Positions 46,963-56,461 of a stretch of DNA of 64,000 nt are shown here, one piece after another (position 1 is the stretch's first letter; the number at the start of each line of letters is the position of its first letter). The notes below the pieces were generated by a model, which was given only the letters and a program-made list of their open reading frames with translations, had not been told where the DNA came from and searched no databases. This stretch comes from Candidatus Binataceae bacterium (GTDB lineage: Bacteria; Desulfobacterota; Binatia; Binatales; Binataceae), in the NCBI GenBank assembly GCA_030038355.1, contig JASHPB010000273.1, positions 85,221-149,220 of the forward strand. The letters run 5' to 3'. The position numbers and the translations under genes are program-made.

Positions 46963-47243
46963 GCGACGCTCTCGAATCACACCGCGGCTCATTGCTAAAA
47001 CTGATCGTCGTGAAGCCGCATCAATCGGTCATCAGGTTCGACCTCCGAGGCGTCAAGTGCCCGCTCAACTGGGCGCACGCCAAGGTGCGCCTCGAGCGGA
47101 TGGTGATGGGCGAGATTCTTGATCTGGTGCTCGACGATCCGCGCGGCGCGCGCGATATCCCGCGCGCGGCGGAGGCCGAAGGTTATGCGGTGATCGAATC
47201 GTCGTCGGCGGACGGCATTTTTTATCTGCGCATCGAGAAGTGA
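46926..47243 (+). CDS. TusA-like sulfurtransferase domain protein. The start is uncertain.
   Basis: The CPxP-type motif FDLRGVKCPLN is present and the C-terminus reads GYAVIE. The ATG at 46926 overlaps the previous gene by 37 nt. Alternative TTG or GTG starts lie at about 46989 and 47007. Confidence 0.6.
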   Translation: MGRVEGAEPPAVSDALESHRGSLLKLIVVKPHQSVIRFDLRGVKCPLNWAHAKVRLERMVMGEILDLVLDDPRGARDIPRAAEAEGYAVIESSSADGIFYLRIEK

Positions 47244-47269
47244 TTTGGACCGGCCAGGGAGGGACCCGG

Positions 47270-48760
47270 ATGAGCGAAGAGCATGTTGACCTGGTGATTC
47301 GCGGCGTCACGATCTACGACGGCGGTGGCGCTGAGCCGAGCATCGGCGACGTAGCGATTCACGGCGTGCGGATTGCCGAGGTCGGCGCAGTCGCGCGCAA
47401 GGGCTCGGTCGAAATCGATGGACGCGGCCTCGCGCTGGCGCCGGGATTCATCGACGTACACAGCCACGACGACTTCGCGGTTTTCACCTCGCCCGAGATG
47501 GATTTCAAGGTGATGCAGGGCGTGACGACTGACGTCGTCGGCAACTGCGGCCTCGGTGTGGCTCCAGGAGCGGTCGGACGCGCGATGTTCCAGGGATGGA
47601 CGGGAGCGGCCGAGGTGCCGCTGTGGGACGACTATGCAGGCTACCTCGAGGCGCTGGATCGCGAGCCCGCCAGCCTCAACGTCGCGGTGCTCGCCGGACA
47701 CGGAACGCTCCGCGCCGCGGCGATGGGAAACGAATGCCGCCCGCCTGCTCCGCACGAGCTCGACGCGATGCGTCACTGGCTCGGCGACGCGCTCGACGCC
47801 GGCGTCGTCGGGCTCTCGACCGGGCTTATATATCAACCGGGCTGCCACGCGAGGACCGAGGAGATAATCGAGCTTGCGCGCGAGCTCGCGATCCGCGGCG
47901 GCCTCTATGCCAGCCACATGCGAGATGAGGGCAAGGGCTTGCTCGACTCGATTCGCGAGACCATTCGAATTGGCGAAGAAGCCGGCGCGCCCGTGCAGAT
48001 TTCTCATCACAAGGCCTCGGGCGCGGAGAACTGGGGCAAGGTGCGCGAGTCGCTCGGGTTGATCGAGGCGGCGCGAGCGCGCGGTGTCGATGTGACCGCC
48101 GATCAATATCCTTACACTTCCGGCAGCACCTCGCTCATCGCCGTGCTGCAGAACGACGCGCTCGGCGAGGGTCGTGGCGGAATGGGCAAGGTGCTCCCAG
48201 AGGGAGTCTTGTTCGCGTCGATGCCGAAGCATCCGGAGCGCGAAGGGCTGAGGCTCCGTGCGATGTGCGATGAGTGGAGTGTGGCGGGGCAGGAGGCGGC
48301 CCAGCGTATCGTCGATGAAGAAGGCGTGGGCGCGGTGGTCGTGGTCGAGACCATGCACGAGGATGACGTGCGCGTGGTGCTGCGGCATCCGACGACGATG
48401 ATCGGCAGCGATGGAATCGCAATCGGCAGCCGGCCGCATCCGCGTCTCTACGGAACTTTCCCGCGGGTGCTCGGTCGCTACGCGCGCGATGAAAAACTCT
48501 TCTCCATGGCTGAGGGTATCCGGCGCATGACCTCGATGGCGGCGGAGAAGTTCAGGCTCGAGGATCGCGGCTGGATTCGTCCGGGATACTTCGCTGACTT
48601 AGTGCTCTTCGATGCGAACAAGATTGCGGATGTTGGCAGCTACGACTCGCCGCGGCAGTACCCGTGCGGCATCGTCGCGGTGATAGTCAACGGCACGGCG
48701 GTGATGAGCGAGGGCAAACATACTGGTGCGCGGCCGGGGCGCGCGCTTCGGCGCGGGTGA
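47270..48760 (+). CDS. N-acyl-D-amino-acid deacylase (D-aminoacylase) family amidohydrolase
   Basis: The start is at MSEEHVDLVIRG, with a GGGAGGGA Shine-Dalgarno. Motifs DVHSHDD and GNCG are present. It is a paralogue of the partial gene at 1..957. Confidence 0.85.
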   Translation: MSEEHVDLVIRGVTIYDGGGAEPSIGDVAIHGVRIAEVGAVARKGSVEIDGRGLALAPGFIDVHSHDDFAVFTSPEMDFKVMQGVTTDVVGNCGLGVAPGAVGRAMFQGWTGAAEVPLWDDYAGYLEALDREPASLNVAVLAGHGTLRAAAMGNECRPPAPHELDAMRHWLGDALDAGVVGLSTGLIYQPGCHARTEEIIELARELAIRGGLYASHMRDEGKGLLDSIRETIRIGEEAGAPVQISHHKASGAENWGKVRESLGLIEAARARGVDVTADQYPYTSGSTSLIAVLQNDALGEGRGGMGKVLPEGVLFASMPKHPEREGLRLRAMCDEWSVAGQEAAQRIVDEEGVGAVVVVETMHEDDVRVVLRHPTTMIGSDGIAIGSRPHPRLYGTFPRVLGRYARDEKLFSMAEGIRRMTSMAAEKFRLEDRGWIRPGYFADLVLFDANKIADVGSYDSPRQYPCGIVAVIVNGTAVMSEGKHTGARPGRALRRG

Positions 48761-48783
48761 TCGAAGCGCGAGGGCAACCGACG

Positions 48784-49473
48784 ATGCCGCCAAAGCGCCA
48801 CTTCGCGCCTGCGTTCTTCGAGTTCTTCGAGGAGCTCAACCGCAACAACAATCGCGAATGGTTCCAGCAGAATCGCGAGCGTTACGAGCGCGACGTGCGC
48901 GATCCGATGCTCCACTTCATCTTCGACTTCGCGCCACGCCTTCGCAAGATCGCGCGCCACTATGAGGCTGACCCGCGGCCGACCGGCGGTTCGATGATGC
49001 GTATCTACCGCAACCTGCGCTTCTCGCGCGACAAGACTCCGTACCGCACCAACGCCGCGGCCGCGTTCGGGCATCGAGACGGTGGGTTCGGCGTGTCGCC
49101 GGCATTCTACATCTCGATGTCGCCGGCGGAAGCGTACGCCGGCGTCGGCATGTATCATCCCGAGTCTCCTACGCTCGACAAAGTGCGCCGCGCGATCGTT
49201 GCGCACCCAATGCAATGGAAGAAGGTGATCGGCGACCGGAAGTTCCTGAGGCGCTTCGACGTGACCGGCGACAAGCTGACACGGCCGCCGAGGGGCTACG
49301 ACCCGGAGCATCCGCTGATCGACGACATCAAGCGCAAGGATTTCATCGCCGGCACCCAGTTTACGCGCGTCGAGGTGTGCTCGCCGCGCTTCCTCGATCT
49401 GTACTGCGACGTCTGCGAACTTTCGGCGCCATTCATGCGCTTCCTCACCGAGGCGGTCGGACTCAAGTGGTAG
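48784..49473 (+). CDS. DUF2461 family protein
   Basis: The start is at MPPKRHF. Conserved motifs are FFEELNRNNNREWFQQNRERYE and RIYRNLRFSRDKTPY. Confidence 0.75.
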   Translation: MPPKRHFAPAFFEFFEELNRNNNREWFQQNRERYERDVRDPMLHFIFDFAPRLRKIARHYEADPRPTGGSMMRIYRNLRFSRDKTPYRTNAAAAFGHRDGGFGVSPAFYISMSPAEAYAGVGMYHPESPTLDKVRRAIVAHPMQWKKVIGDRKFLRRFDVTGDKLTRPPRGYDPEHPLIDDIKRKDFIAGTQFTRVEVCSPRFLDLYCDVCELSAPFMRFLTEAVGLKW

Positions 49474-49518
49474 CTTGACGATGGTGGACAAGCATCGCCC
49501 GCGCTAGATTCAGTTTTG

Positions 49519-52500
49519 ATGCGCTGTGGCAAGTGCAATACCGAAAATCCCGAGGGCATGAAGTTTTGCGGCAACTGCGCCGCGCCGCTCGGGAATCGAT
49601 GCGCGCGATGCGGTTTCGATAACCCCGTTGAGTTCAAATTCTGTGGCCAGTGCGGCTCGGCTCTGGGCGCGAGCGCTCCGCGGCCCGCGCCGTCGCGGCC
49701 GCCCCAGGAGCCGACGGTCAGGGTCGTTGAGGATCAAGCCGCGGCGACGGCCGCTGATGGCGAACGCAAGACGGTCACCGCGCTGTTTGCCGATATCAAG
49801 GGCTCGATGGACCTCATGGAAGGCCTCGATCCCGAAGAGGCCCGCGCGATCGTTGACCCCGCGCTGGCGCTGATGATCGAGGCGGTGCGGCGCTACGACG
49901 GTTACATCGTGCAGTCCACGGGCGACGGTATCTTCGCGTTGTTCGGGGCTCCCGTCGCGCACGAGGATCACGCGCAGCGAAGTCTTTACGCCGCGCTTAA
50001 GATGCAGGACGAGATGCGGCGCTACTCAGCGCATCTACGCGAAGCCGGTAATCCGCCGATGGAGATTCGCGTCGGCGTCAACACTGGTGAAGTGGTGGTG
50101 CGCTCGATTCGCACCGGAGCGCATGCGGAATACACGCCGATCGGACATGCCACCAGCCTCGCGGCGAGGATGCAGACGCTGGCACCGACGGGGGCGGTGG
50201 CTGTGACCGAAGCCACGCAGAAGTTGACGGCAGGATTCTTCGACTATCGTCCGCTCGGCCCGACTCGGGTCAAAGGCGTGAGCGATCCGGTCCAGGTGTT
50301 CGAAGTAGTAGGGATGGGACCGCTCAGAACGCGGCTCGAAATTTCAGCCGCGCGCGGGCTATCGAAGTTCGTCGGCCGTCAGGCTGAGATGAGCCAGTTG
50401 CGCCGCGCACTGGACCTTGCACATTCGGGTCATGGCCAGATCGTCGCCGCCGTGGCTGAGGCGGGCGTCGGCAAGTCGCGCCTGTTTCACGAATTCAAGC
50501 TGACCTCGGCGACGGGATGTGCGGTGCTGGAGGCGTTTTCAGTTTCGCACGGCAAGGCGTCGGCCTACCTTCCCGTTATTGAGTTGCTGCGCGATTACTT
50601 CAGAATCGGCGCGCAGGACGATGAGCGCACGCGCCGCGAGAAGATCACGGGCAAGATCCTGGCGCTTGATCGCGCGCTCGAGGACACGCTGCCGTTCATT
50701 TCGTCGCTGATGGGCCTCGAGGACTCCAACCTGCTCGAAGGGATGGACACCTCCATTCGCCGCCGCCGCACACGCGACGCGATCAAGAGTCTTGTCCTGC
50801 GCGAGAGCCTCAATCAGCCGCTCATCGTGATCTTCGAGGACCTGCACTGGATCGATGATGAGACGCAGGCTCTGCTTGATTTGCTGGCCGACAGTATCGG
50901 CACGGCGCGCGTGCTGCTGATGGTCAATTATCGTCCCGAATATCATCATCAATGGGTCAGCAAGACCTACTACACACAGCTTCGGCTCGATCCGCTCGGA
51001 CGCGAGATGGCTGACGAGATGCTGAGTTCGCTGCTCGGAGCCGCCGACCAGCTGCGGGCGCTCAAGCAGCTGATCGCCGAGCGCACCGAGGGCAATCCAT
51101 TCTTCATCGAGGAGATGGTGCAGGCGCTGTTCGACGAGGGCGTGCTCGCGCGCGATGGTAGCGTAGTTACGATGCAAAAGCCGATTGGCTCGGTGCACAT
51201 CCCGCCTACCGTGCGCGGAATCCTGGCCTCGCGAATCGATCGTCTGGGCGCCTCGGAAAAGGAGCTGCTGCAGACGCTCGCCATCATCGGCAAGGAATTT
51301 CCGATGGGCCTGGTGCGGCGAGTGACGAGCAAATCCGATGAGGTGCTGCTGCCGCGGCTCCAGAACCTTCAGCTCGGCGAGTTTATCTACGAGCAGCCTG
51401 CCTTTCCCGACAGCGAATACACCTTCAAACACGCGCTCACGCAGGAAGTAGCGGCGGAGTCGATGCTTATCGAACGGCGCCGACAGATTCACGAACGCAC
51501 GGCGGCAGCGATCGAGGAGATCTACGCCACCAAGGTTGACGACCATCTCGGCGAGCTGGCGCACCATTACAGCCAGAGTTCCAACATTCCTAAGGCGATC
51601 GATTTTCTAAAGCGCGCAGGCGAGCAGGCATATCTACGATCAGCTTACGATGATGCGCTGCGTCACACGCGCGATGCGCTTAGGCTGCTGGCGACTCAGC
51701 CCGCCTCGCTCGACCGCGATCTTGTCGAGTTGAGGCTCCTGATGCTCATCGGGCCGATGCTGGTCGCCACGCAGGGATTCAGCTCGCCGGAGCTTTTAAA
51801 AATCCTTGCTCGTTCGCAGGAGCTCGGCCGCCGCGCCGGCGAGAGACCCGAGATTTTTGGCGTGCTGTTCGGTCTCTGGAGCGTGCAGTTTGCGAGCGGT
51901 CAACTGCGCGAAGGACTTGCGACGGCGGAGCGACTGCTCAGTCTGGCGGAACGTATTCAGCAGCCGATGGCGCTCGGCGGCGCGAACTCGGCGCTCGGCT
52001 CGAATCTCACGTGGCTCGGCGAGTTCGAGCGCGCCCGCCTGCATCTCGAACGCGCGTGCGCGATCTACGACAGCGACCTGCCGTTATTTCTGCCGAGCTC
52101 GAAGGCGTCGGTGATTCCATCGCGATGCCAGCTTACGTGGGCGCTCTGGATGCTTGGGTTTCCCGATCAGGCTAAGAGACGCTGCGAGGAAGCGCTCGCG
52201 CTGGCAAGCCGTCTGAATCGCCCCTTCAGCACCGCATTCGCTCTCACTTACTCGATTGCGGCTGCGGCCCGGCGCCGCGAAACGGTCGGCATCCGGCAAA
52301 GGGCCGAGGGCCTCATCGAGCTCGCACGCGAGCACGGATTCCCTTACTGGAGCGCGGTCGGAACGATGTCGCTCGGATGCGCTATCGCCGACGAGGGCGA
52401 CGTCGATCTCGGGCTGCGTACGATGGGCGACGGTATGCGCGCGCTCGAGAGCTTTGGCGCTGATCTTATCTACTGCTACGCCCTGTCGCTGCTGGCAGAA

Positions 52501-52872
52501 ATCTACATGCACATCGGACGGACTGACGAAGGCCTCAACGCGATCGATGACGGCCTGGAGCGCGTCGAGTCCAAGGATCAACGCCTCGCAGAGAGCGAGT
52601 TGTACCGCGTTCGGGGCCTGCTGTTGCTGCAGAGACACAGCGGCAAAGAAGCGGCGATCGAGGCCTTGCGGCGATCGCTCGAGGTGGCCAAGCGCCAGCA
52701 TGCGCTTTCGATGGAGCTACGAACCGCGATGGCCCTGGCGCGCGTGTTGGCCGCCGATGGCGCGCGCGAGGATGCTCGCGTGCTGGTCGAGCCGATCTAC
52801 GCGCGATTTACCGAAGGATTCTCTACGCCCGATCTCAAGGACGCGGCCGCGCTGCTCGCCGAATTGCGCTGA
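49519..52872 (+). CDS. Multidomain signalling protein: double zinc ribbon, class III adenylate/guanylate cyclase domain, AAA/STAND ATPase and TPR repeats
   Basis: The zinc ribbons read CGKCNTENPEGMKFCGNC and CARCGFDNPVEFKFCGQC. The cyclase core is VTALFADIKGS...VGVNTGEVVV. The Walker A is GEAGVGKS. There is a long TPR-like C-terminal region. The ORF is 1118 aa. Confidence 0.85.
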   Translation: MRCGKCNTENPEGMKFCGNCAAPLGNRCARCGFDNPVEFKFCGQCGSALGASAPRPAPSRPPQEPTVRVVEDQAAATAADGERKTVTALFADIKGSMDLMEGLDPEEARAIVDPALALMIEAVRRYDGYIVQSTGDGIFALFGAPVAHEDHAQRSLYAALKMQDEMRRYSAHLREAGNPPMEIRVGVNTGEVVVRSIRTGAHAEYTPIGHATSLAARMQTLAPTGAVAVTEATQKLTAGFFDYRPLGPTRVKGVSDPVQVFEVVGMGPLRTRLEISAARGLSKFVGRQAEMSQLRRALDLAHSGHGQIVAAVAEAGVGKSRLFHEFKLTSATGCAVLEAFSVSHGKASAYLPVIELLRDYFRIGAQDDERTRREKITGKILALDRALEDTLPFISSLMGLEDSNLLEGMDTSIRRRRTRDAIKSLVLRESLNQPLIVIFEDLHWIDDETQALLDLLADSIGTARVLLMVNYRPEYHHQWVSKTYYTQLRLDPLGREMADEMLSSLLGAADQLRALKQLIAERTEGNPFFIEEMVQALFDEGVLARDGSVVTMQKPIGSVHIPPTVRGILASRIDRLGASEKELLQTLAIIGKEFPMGLVRRVTSKSDEVLLPRLQNLQLGEFIYEQPAFPDSEYTFKHALTQEVAAESMLIERRRQIHERTAAAIEEIYATKVDDHLGELAHHYSQSSNIPKAIDFLKRAGEQAYLRSAYDDALRHTRDALRLLATQPASLDRDLVELRLLMLIGPMLVATQGFSSPELLKILARSQELGRRAGERPEIFGVLFGLWSVQFASGQLREGLATAERLLSLAERIQQPMALGGANSALGSNLTWLGEFERARLHLERACAIYDSDLPLFLPSSKASVIPSRCQLTWALWMLGFPDQAKRRCEEALALASRLNRPFSTAFALTYSIAAAARRRETVGIRQRAEGLIELAREHGFPYWSAVGTMSLGCAIADEGDVDLGLRTMGDGMRALESFGADLIYCYALSLLAEIYMHIGRTDEGLNAIDDGLERVESKDQRLAESELYRVRGLLLLQRHSGKEAAIEALRRSLEVAKRQHALSMELRTAMALARVLAADGAREDARVLVEPIYARFTEGFSTPDLKDAAALLAELR

Positions 52873-52878
52873 TCCCGT

Positions 52879-54129
52879 TCAGAGCGCGCGCATGATGCGG
52901 TCGTGGATGCGCTTGAAGATACCGCCTTCAGCCACCGCCGATTCCGTCACGATGGGAATCGAGCCCCACAGCTTGTCGTTGAGTGAGATCTCAACTTCGC
53001 CGACTTTGGTGCCCTTGGGAAACGGCGCGTAGATGTATCGCGCGTTCGGCGCCCAACTAACGCTTACGCGGCGTTCCTGCCCGCGCACGAGCGTGATCGC
53101 AGGTGTCGTCTCAGGCCCGATCTTCACGCCGTCTACGGCACCGCCCGTGACCGGCATCGTGGGCGGAACCTTCGCCGCGAGATCGGGCTGATAGCTGATG
53201 TAGGTGCGAAACGCCCAGTCGAGCAGTTTCTCGGTCTCGTCGCGCCGCCTCTCTTCACTTGGCGTGCCCAGCACCGCCGAAATCAGATGAGTACCGTTCG
53301 ATTCCGCCGACGCGACGAGGTGGTAGCCGGCCTCGGACACGTGGCCGGTCTTGATCCCGTTGACGCGCGAATCGTGGAACAGCAACGAGTTGAAGTTGTT
53401 CTGATGGATATTGTTGAAGACATAGTCCTTGGCTGAGGTGTACTTGATCGCCTCGGGATGCGCGATCAGAAGGGCGCGCCCGAGCTTCACCATGTCTGCG
53501 GCACTGGTCGATTCACCCTCGACCGGCAGACCATCGGGGTTGGCGAAGTGCGTATCCTCGAGACCGAGCGCCTTCGCCTTGTCGTTCATCATGTTCGTAA
53601 ATGCATCGGTCGAGCCGGCGACGTATTCCGCAAGCGCGACGGCGGCGTCGTTACCCGACGAGACCATCAGACCATAAAGCAGATCACGCAGCGGCACCTG
53701 CTGCCCCACTTTCAAAAACATGTGTGAGACCGTCTGATCCATTGAGAGTCGCCACGCGTTTACGCTGATCGTTACCATCGAGTCGGACGACACCTTGCCA
53801 TTCTTCATCGCGTCCAGCACGAGAAAGAAAGTCATGATCTTGGCGAGGCTCGCGGGCTGAATCTTTTCGTGCTCGTGGTAAGAGTAGAGGACGTCGCCGG
53901 TCTTCGCGTCGATCAGCATGGCGGCGCGCGCGTCGAGCGCGAACGGCGCCGGCCCATTGCCGAGCACGTGAATCGCACTGAGTGGCTCCGCCGGCGGCGC
54001 CGCTTCGACTCGCGCCGTCGCGCGGCGATGACGCGCAGCATAGGCCGGTGAGACGGCCGCCATTCCGATTCCAATCAAGATCAGTGCTGTTAGTCTAGAA
54101 AGAGTGCCGAATCCGCCCCGCTCGCCCAT
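52879..54129 (-). CDS. D-alanyl-D-alanine carboxypeptidase (PBP5/DacC family serine peptidase)
   Basis: The active-site motifs are present: SxxK (SLAKIMT), SGN (SSGND) and KTG (IKTGHV). It has a signal peptide. The start is set at MGERGG, with an AAGGGGA Shine-Dalgarno. An upstream TTG is also possible. Confidence 0.85.
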   Translation of the reverse strand: MGERGGFGTLSRLTALILIGIGMAAVSPAYAARHRRATARVEAAPPAEPLSAIHVLGNGPAPFALDARAAMLIDAKTGDVLYSYHEHEKIQPASLAKIMTFFLVLDAMKNGKVSSDSMVTISVNAWRLSMDQTVSHMFLKVGQQVPLRDLLYGLMVSSGNDAAVALAEYVAGSTDAFTNMMNDKAKALGLEDTHFANPDGLPVEGESTSAADMVKLGRALLIAHPEAIKYTSAKDYVFNNIHQNNFNSLLFHDSRVNGIKTGHVSEAGYHLVASAESNGTHLISAVLGTPSEERRRDETEKLLDWAFRTYISYQPDLAAKVPPTMPVTGGAVDGVKIGPETTPAITLVRGQERRVSVSWAPNARYIYAPFPKGTKVGEVEISLNDKLWGSIPIVTESAVAEGGIFKRIHDRIMRAL

Positions 54130-54251
54130 CTTCGTCCCCTTCAATATTGCTAGTTAAAGAGGCTACGACCCACTGGAGTCGACAGCAAGACTCTTAAGCC
54201 TCTGGCGTGTTCCCTTTCCAAGCGATTGCGCGTAAAGGATCCTAGTCGTTT

Positions 54252-55559
54252 ATGGATGTTTCTGTAGTACTTCCCGTCAAGGACGAGCGCGACAACCTGC
54301 GCCAACTGGTTCCGCGACTCCACGCGATTCTCGATCGCGAGGGCGTCGAGCACGAGGTTGTCGTCGTTGACGGCGGCTCGAACGATGGCACGCGCGAGGC
54401 GGCGGCGGCGCTCGGCGCGCGCGTGGTGATGGAGCATCGGCACGGTTACGCCGGGGCGCTCGAGACCGGGTTCGCCGAGGCGAACGGCGACTACGTGCTG
54501 ACGCTGGACGCCGACATGTCGCACGAGCCCGACTTCAGCGCCAAGATGTGGCGCGCGCGCGAGCGCGGCGACATCGTGATCGCGTCTCGCTACGTGCGTG
54601 GCGGCGTCGCCTACACCTCGTTCGTGCGGCGCGCCACCAGCATGATGCTCAACGCGGTGCTGCGCCGGATGCTCTCGATGCCGGTGCGCGACTTGTCGAG
54701 CGGCTACCGTCTCTATCGGCGGGCTGCGGTCGCCGACATGCGTTTCGAGGGCCGTAACTTTGAAGTGCTCGAAGAGATCCTGGTCAAGGCATACGCGCGC
54801 GGCTTCAGCGTGGTCGAGGTGCCGTTCACCTATTTCCCCCGCGATTCGGGCCGCTCGCACGCGCGCCTGGCTCAGTTCGGCCTCGACGTGGCACGCTCCG
54901 CGCTGAAGCTTTGGAAGCTCCGCAACTCGCTCGAATCCGCCGACTACGACGAGCGCGGCTACTACAGCATCATCCCGATCCAGCGCTTTTGGCATCACCG
55001 GCGTCATCGCATCACCGTCTCGTGGGCGCGCGGCGCCGAGCGCATCCTCGATGCCGGCTGCGGCTCGAGTATCATCATCCAGAGCCTCAACCACGCCGTC
55101 GGGATGGACTTCAACTTTGACAAGCTGAGATATCTTCGCCGCTGCGGCATCCCGCTGGTGCGCGGCTCCGCCTTCGCGCTGCCGTTTTGTGCTGGCGCTT
55201 TCGATTGCGTCATCAGCTCGCAGGTCATCGAGCACATCCCTTACGAGGAAGTGTTGTTCGACGAGATGCGCCGCGTCATCCGCCCGGGCGGCACGCTGAT
55301 TATCGGCACGCCCGACTACGCGACGATCGGGTGGCGCGTGATCGAGCCGATCTACGGCTTCCTGATGCCGGGCGGCTACCGCGACGAGCACATCACGCAC
55401 TACACGCGCGAAGGACTTCGGCAAATCCTGCAGCGCCACGGCTTCCAAGTGGAGGAAGTCGCATACATCGCGCGCAGCGAGTTAATCATGCGCTGCCGCC
55501 GCGTCGAGCTCGCGGCGTCCCCGAGTGTCGACATTCACGCCGCCTCCAACGCGGCGTGA
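54252..55559 (+). CDS. Fusion protein: family 2 glycosyltransferase (polyprenol-phosphate sugar synthase-like) joined to a class I SAM methyltransferase
   Basis: The N-terminal half reads VVLPVKDE...VVVDGGSNDGT...LDADMSH, which is GT2 with the DxD motif. The C-terminal half reads ILDAGCGSSII...VIEHIPYEE...IRPGGTLIIGTP, which is Methyltransf_11-like. Confidence 0.8.
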   Translation: MDVSVVLPVKDERDNLRQLVPRLHAILDREGVEHEVVVVDGGSNDGTREAAAALGARVVMEHRHGYAGALETGFAEANGDYVLTLDADMSHEPDFSAKMWRARERGDIVIASRYVRGGVAYTSFVRRATSMMLNAVLRRMLSMPVRDLSSGYRLYRRAAVADMRFEGRNFEVLEEILVKAYARGFSVVEVPFTYFPRDSGRSHARLAQFGLDVARSALKLWKLRNSLESADYDERGYYSIIPIQRFWHHRRHRITVSWARGAERILDAGCGSSIIIQSLNHAVGMDFNFDKLRYLRRCGIPLVRGSAFALPFCAGAFDCVISSQVIEHIPYEEVLFDEMRRVIRPGGTLIIGTPDYATIGWRVIEPIYGFLMPGGYRDEHITHYTREGLRQILQRHGFQVEEVAYIARSELIMRCRRVELAASPSVDIHAASNAA

Positions 55560-56461
55560 ATGAAGCGCTAAGCTGAGCGACCTACCTTTGACGCTTTCTG
55601 CGCATCGTTTCTTGGCCTCGCTGGTTGCGGCTCTTGCGATCGTGGGATGGGCGTTGCTCGCGCACCAGTTGCGACCTGGACTCACATACAGAGATTGCGC
55701 TGAGCGGTGATAACCGCGGGGGAGTCTCGTCCTCCGCGACAGCGTCTAGGGGCCCTCCGCGTCTAGTCTAGATCGGGCGACCGTTTGCTATCGCCAAGGA
55801 CATGATCAGAGGATAGGAAGTTTAGGAACTTCTGACTGAGAGCGGCGCCATTGCGTTCTTCCTATCGAAGCCTTCGAACTCCAGCACTAGAAGCAATGTG
55901 ATCGGTTTCCGCGTGGCGAGCGATCGCTGTGCCTCCTTAGAACGATCAAGTCATGGTCCCAGTTGTGACAGGACCCCGACCAAGGGGAGCGAAGAAACTG
56001 TCGAGCAGACTATTGCCAATTTTCACCTCCGCCATCGTGTCGCAGCTTCCCGCTGCTGCAAGTCAGCAAAATTCCCGCCGCCCGCAATCGCGAGGACGCC
56101 ATCCACCGATGCGACCTGCAACATCGACGCGCGCAGGATCTGTGCCGCGATCGACCAAGGCGCGGCTTCGACGGCCGTCTCGTCTCAGCCGCCGCTCGCG
56201 CCATCCTACGGCCCTGAGGTGATGCCGGACTCCATCGATTTGCAGATTGCCGCCGCTCCTAAAGTTGGGCTTAAGTGCCACTTCGACCCCCAGCACATCG
56301 GGCTGGCGCGCGCCGACGCGAACGGCCAAGAGGCCGCTCGACGCTAACGCAGTCAAATATCTGAAAGGAGCAGGGCTTTGCGTTTCAAATCCGTGTAATC
56401 GTCCAACTCTTCAAATCAACCATACTGCGCGCTATAAGACCTGACTATTGGGAGAGTTGCA

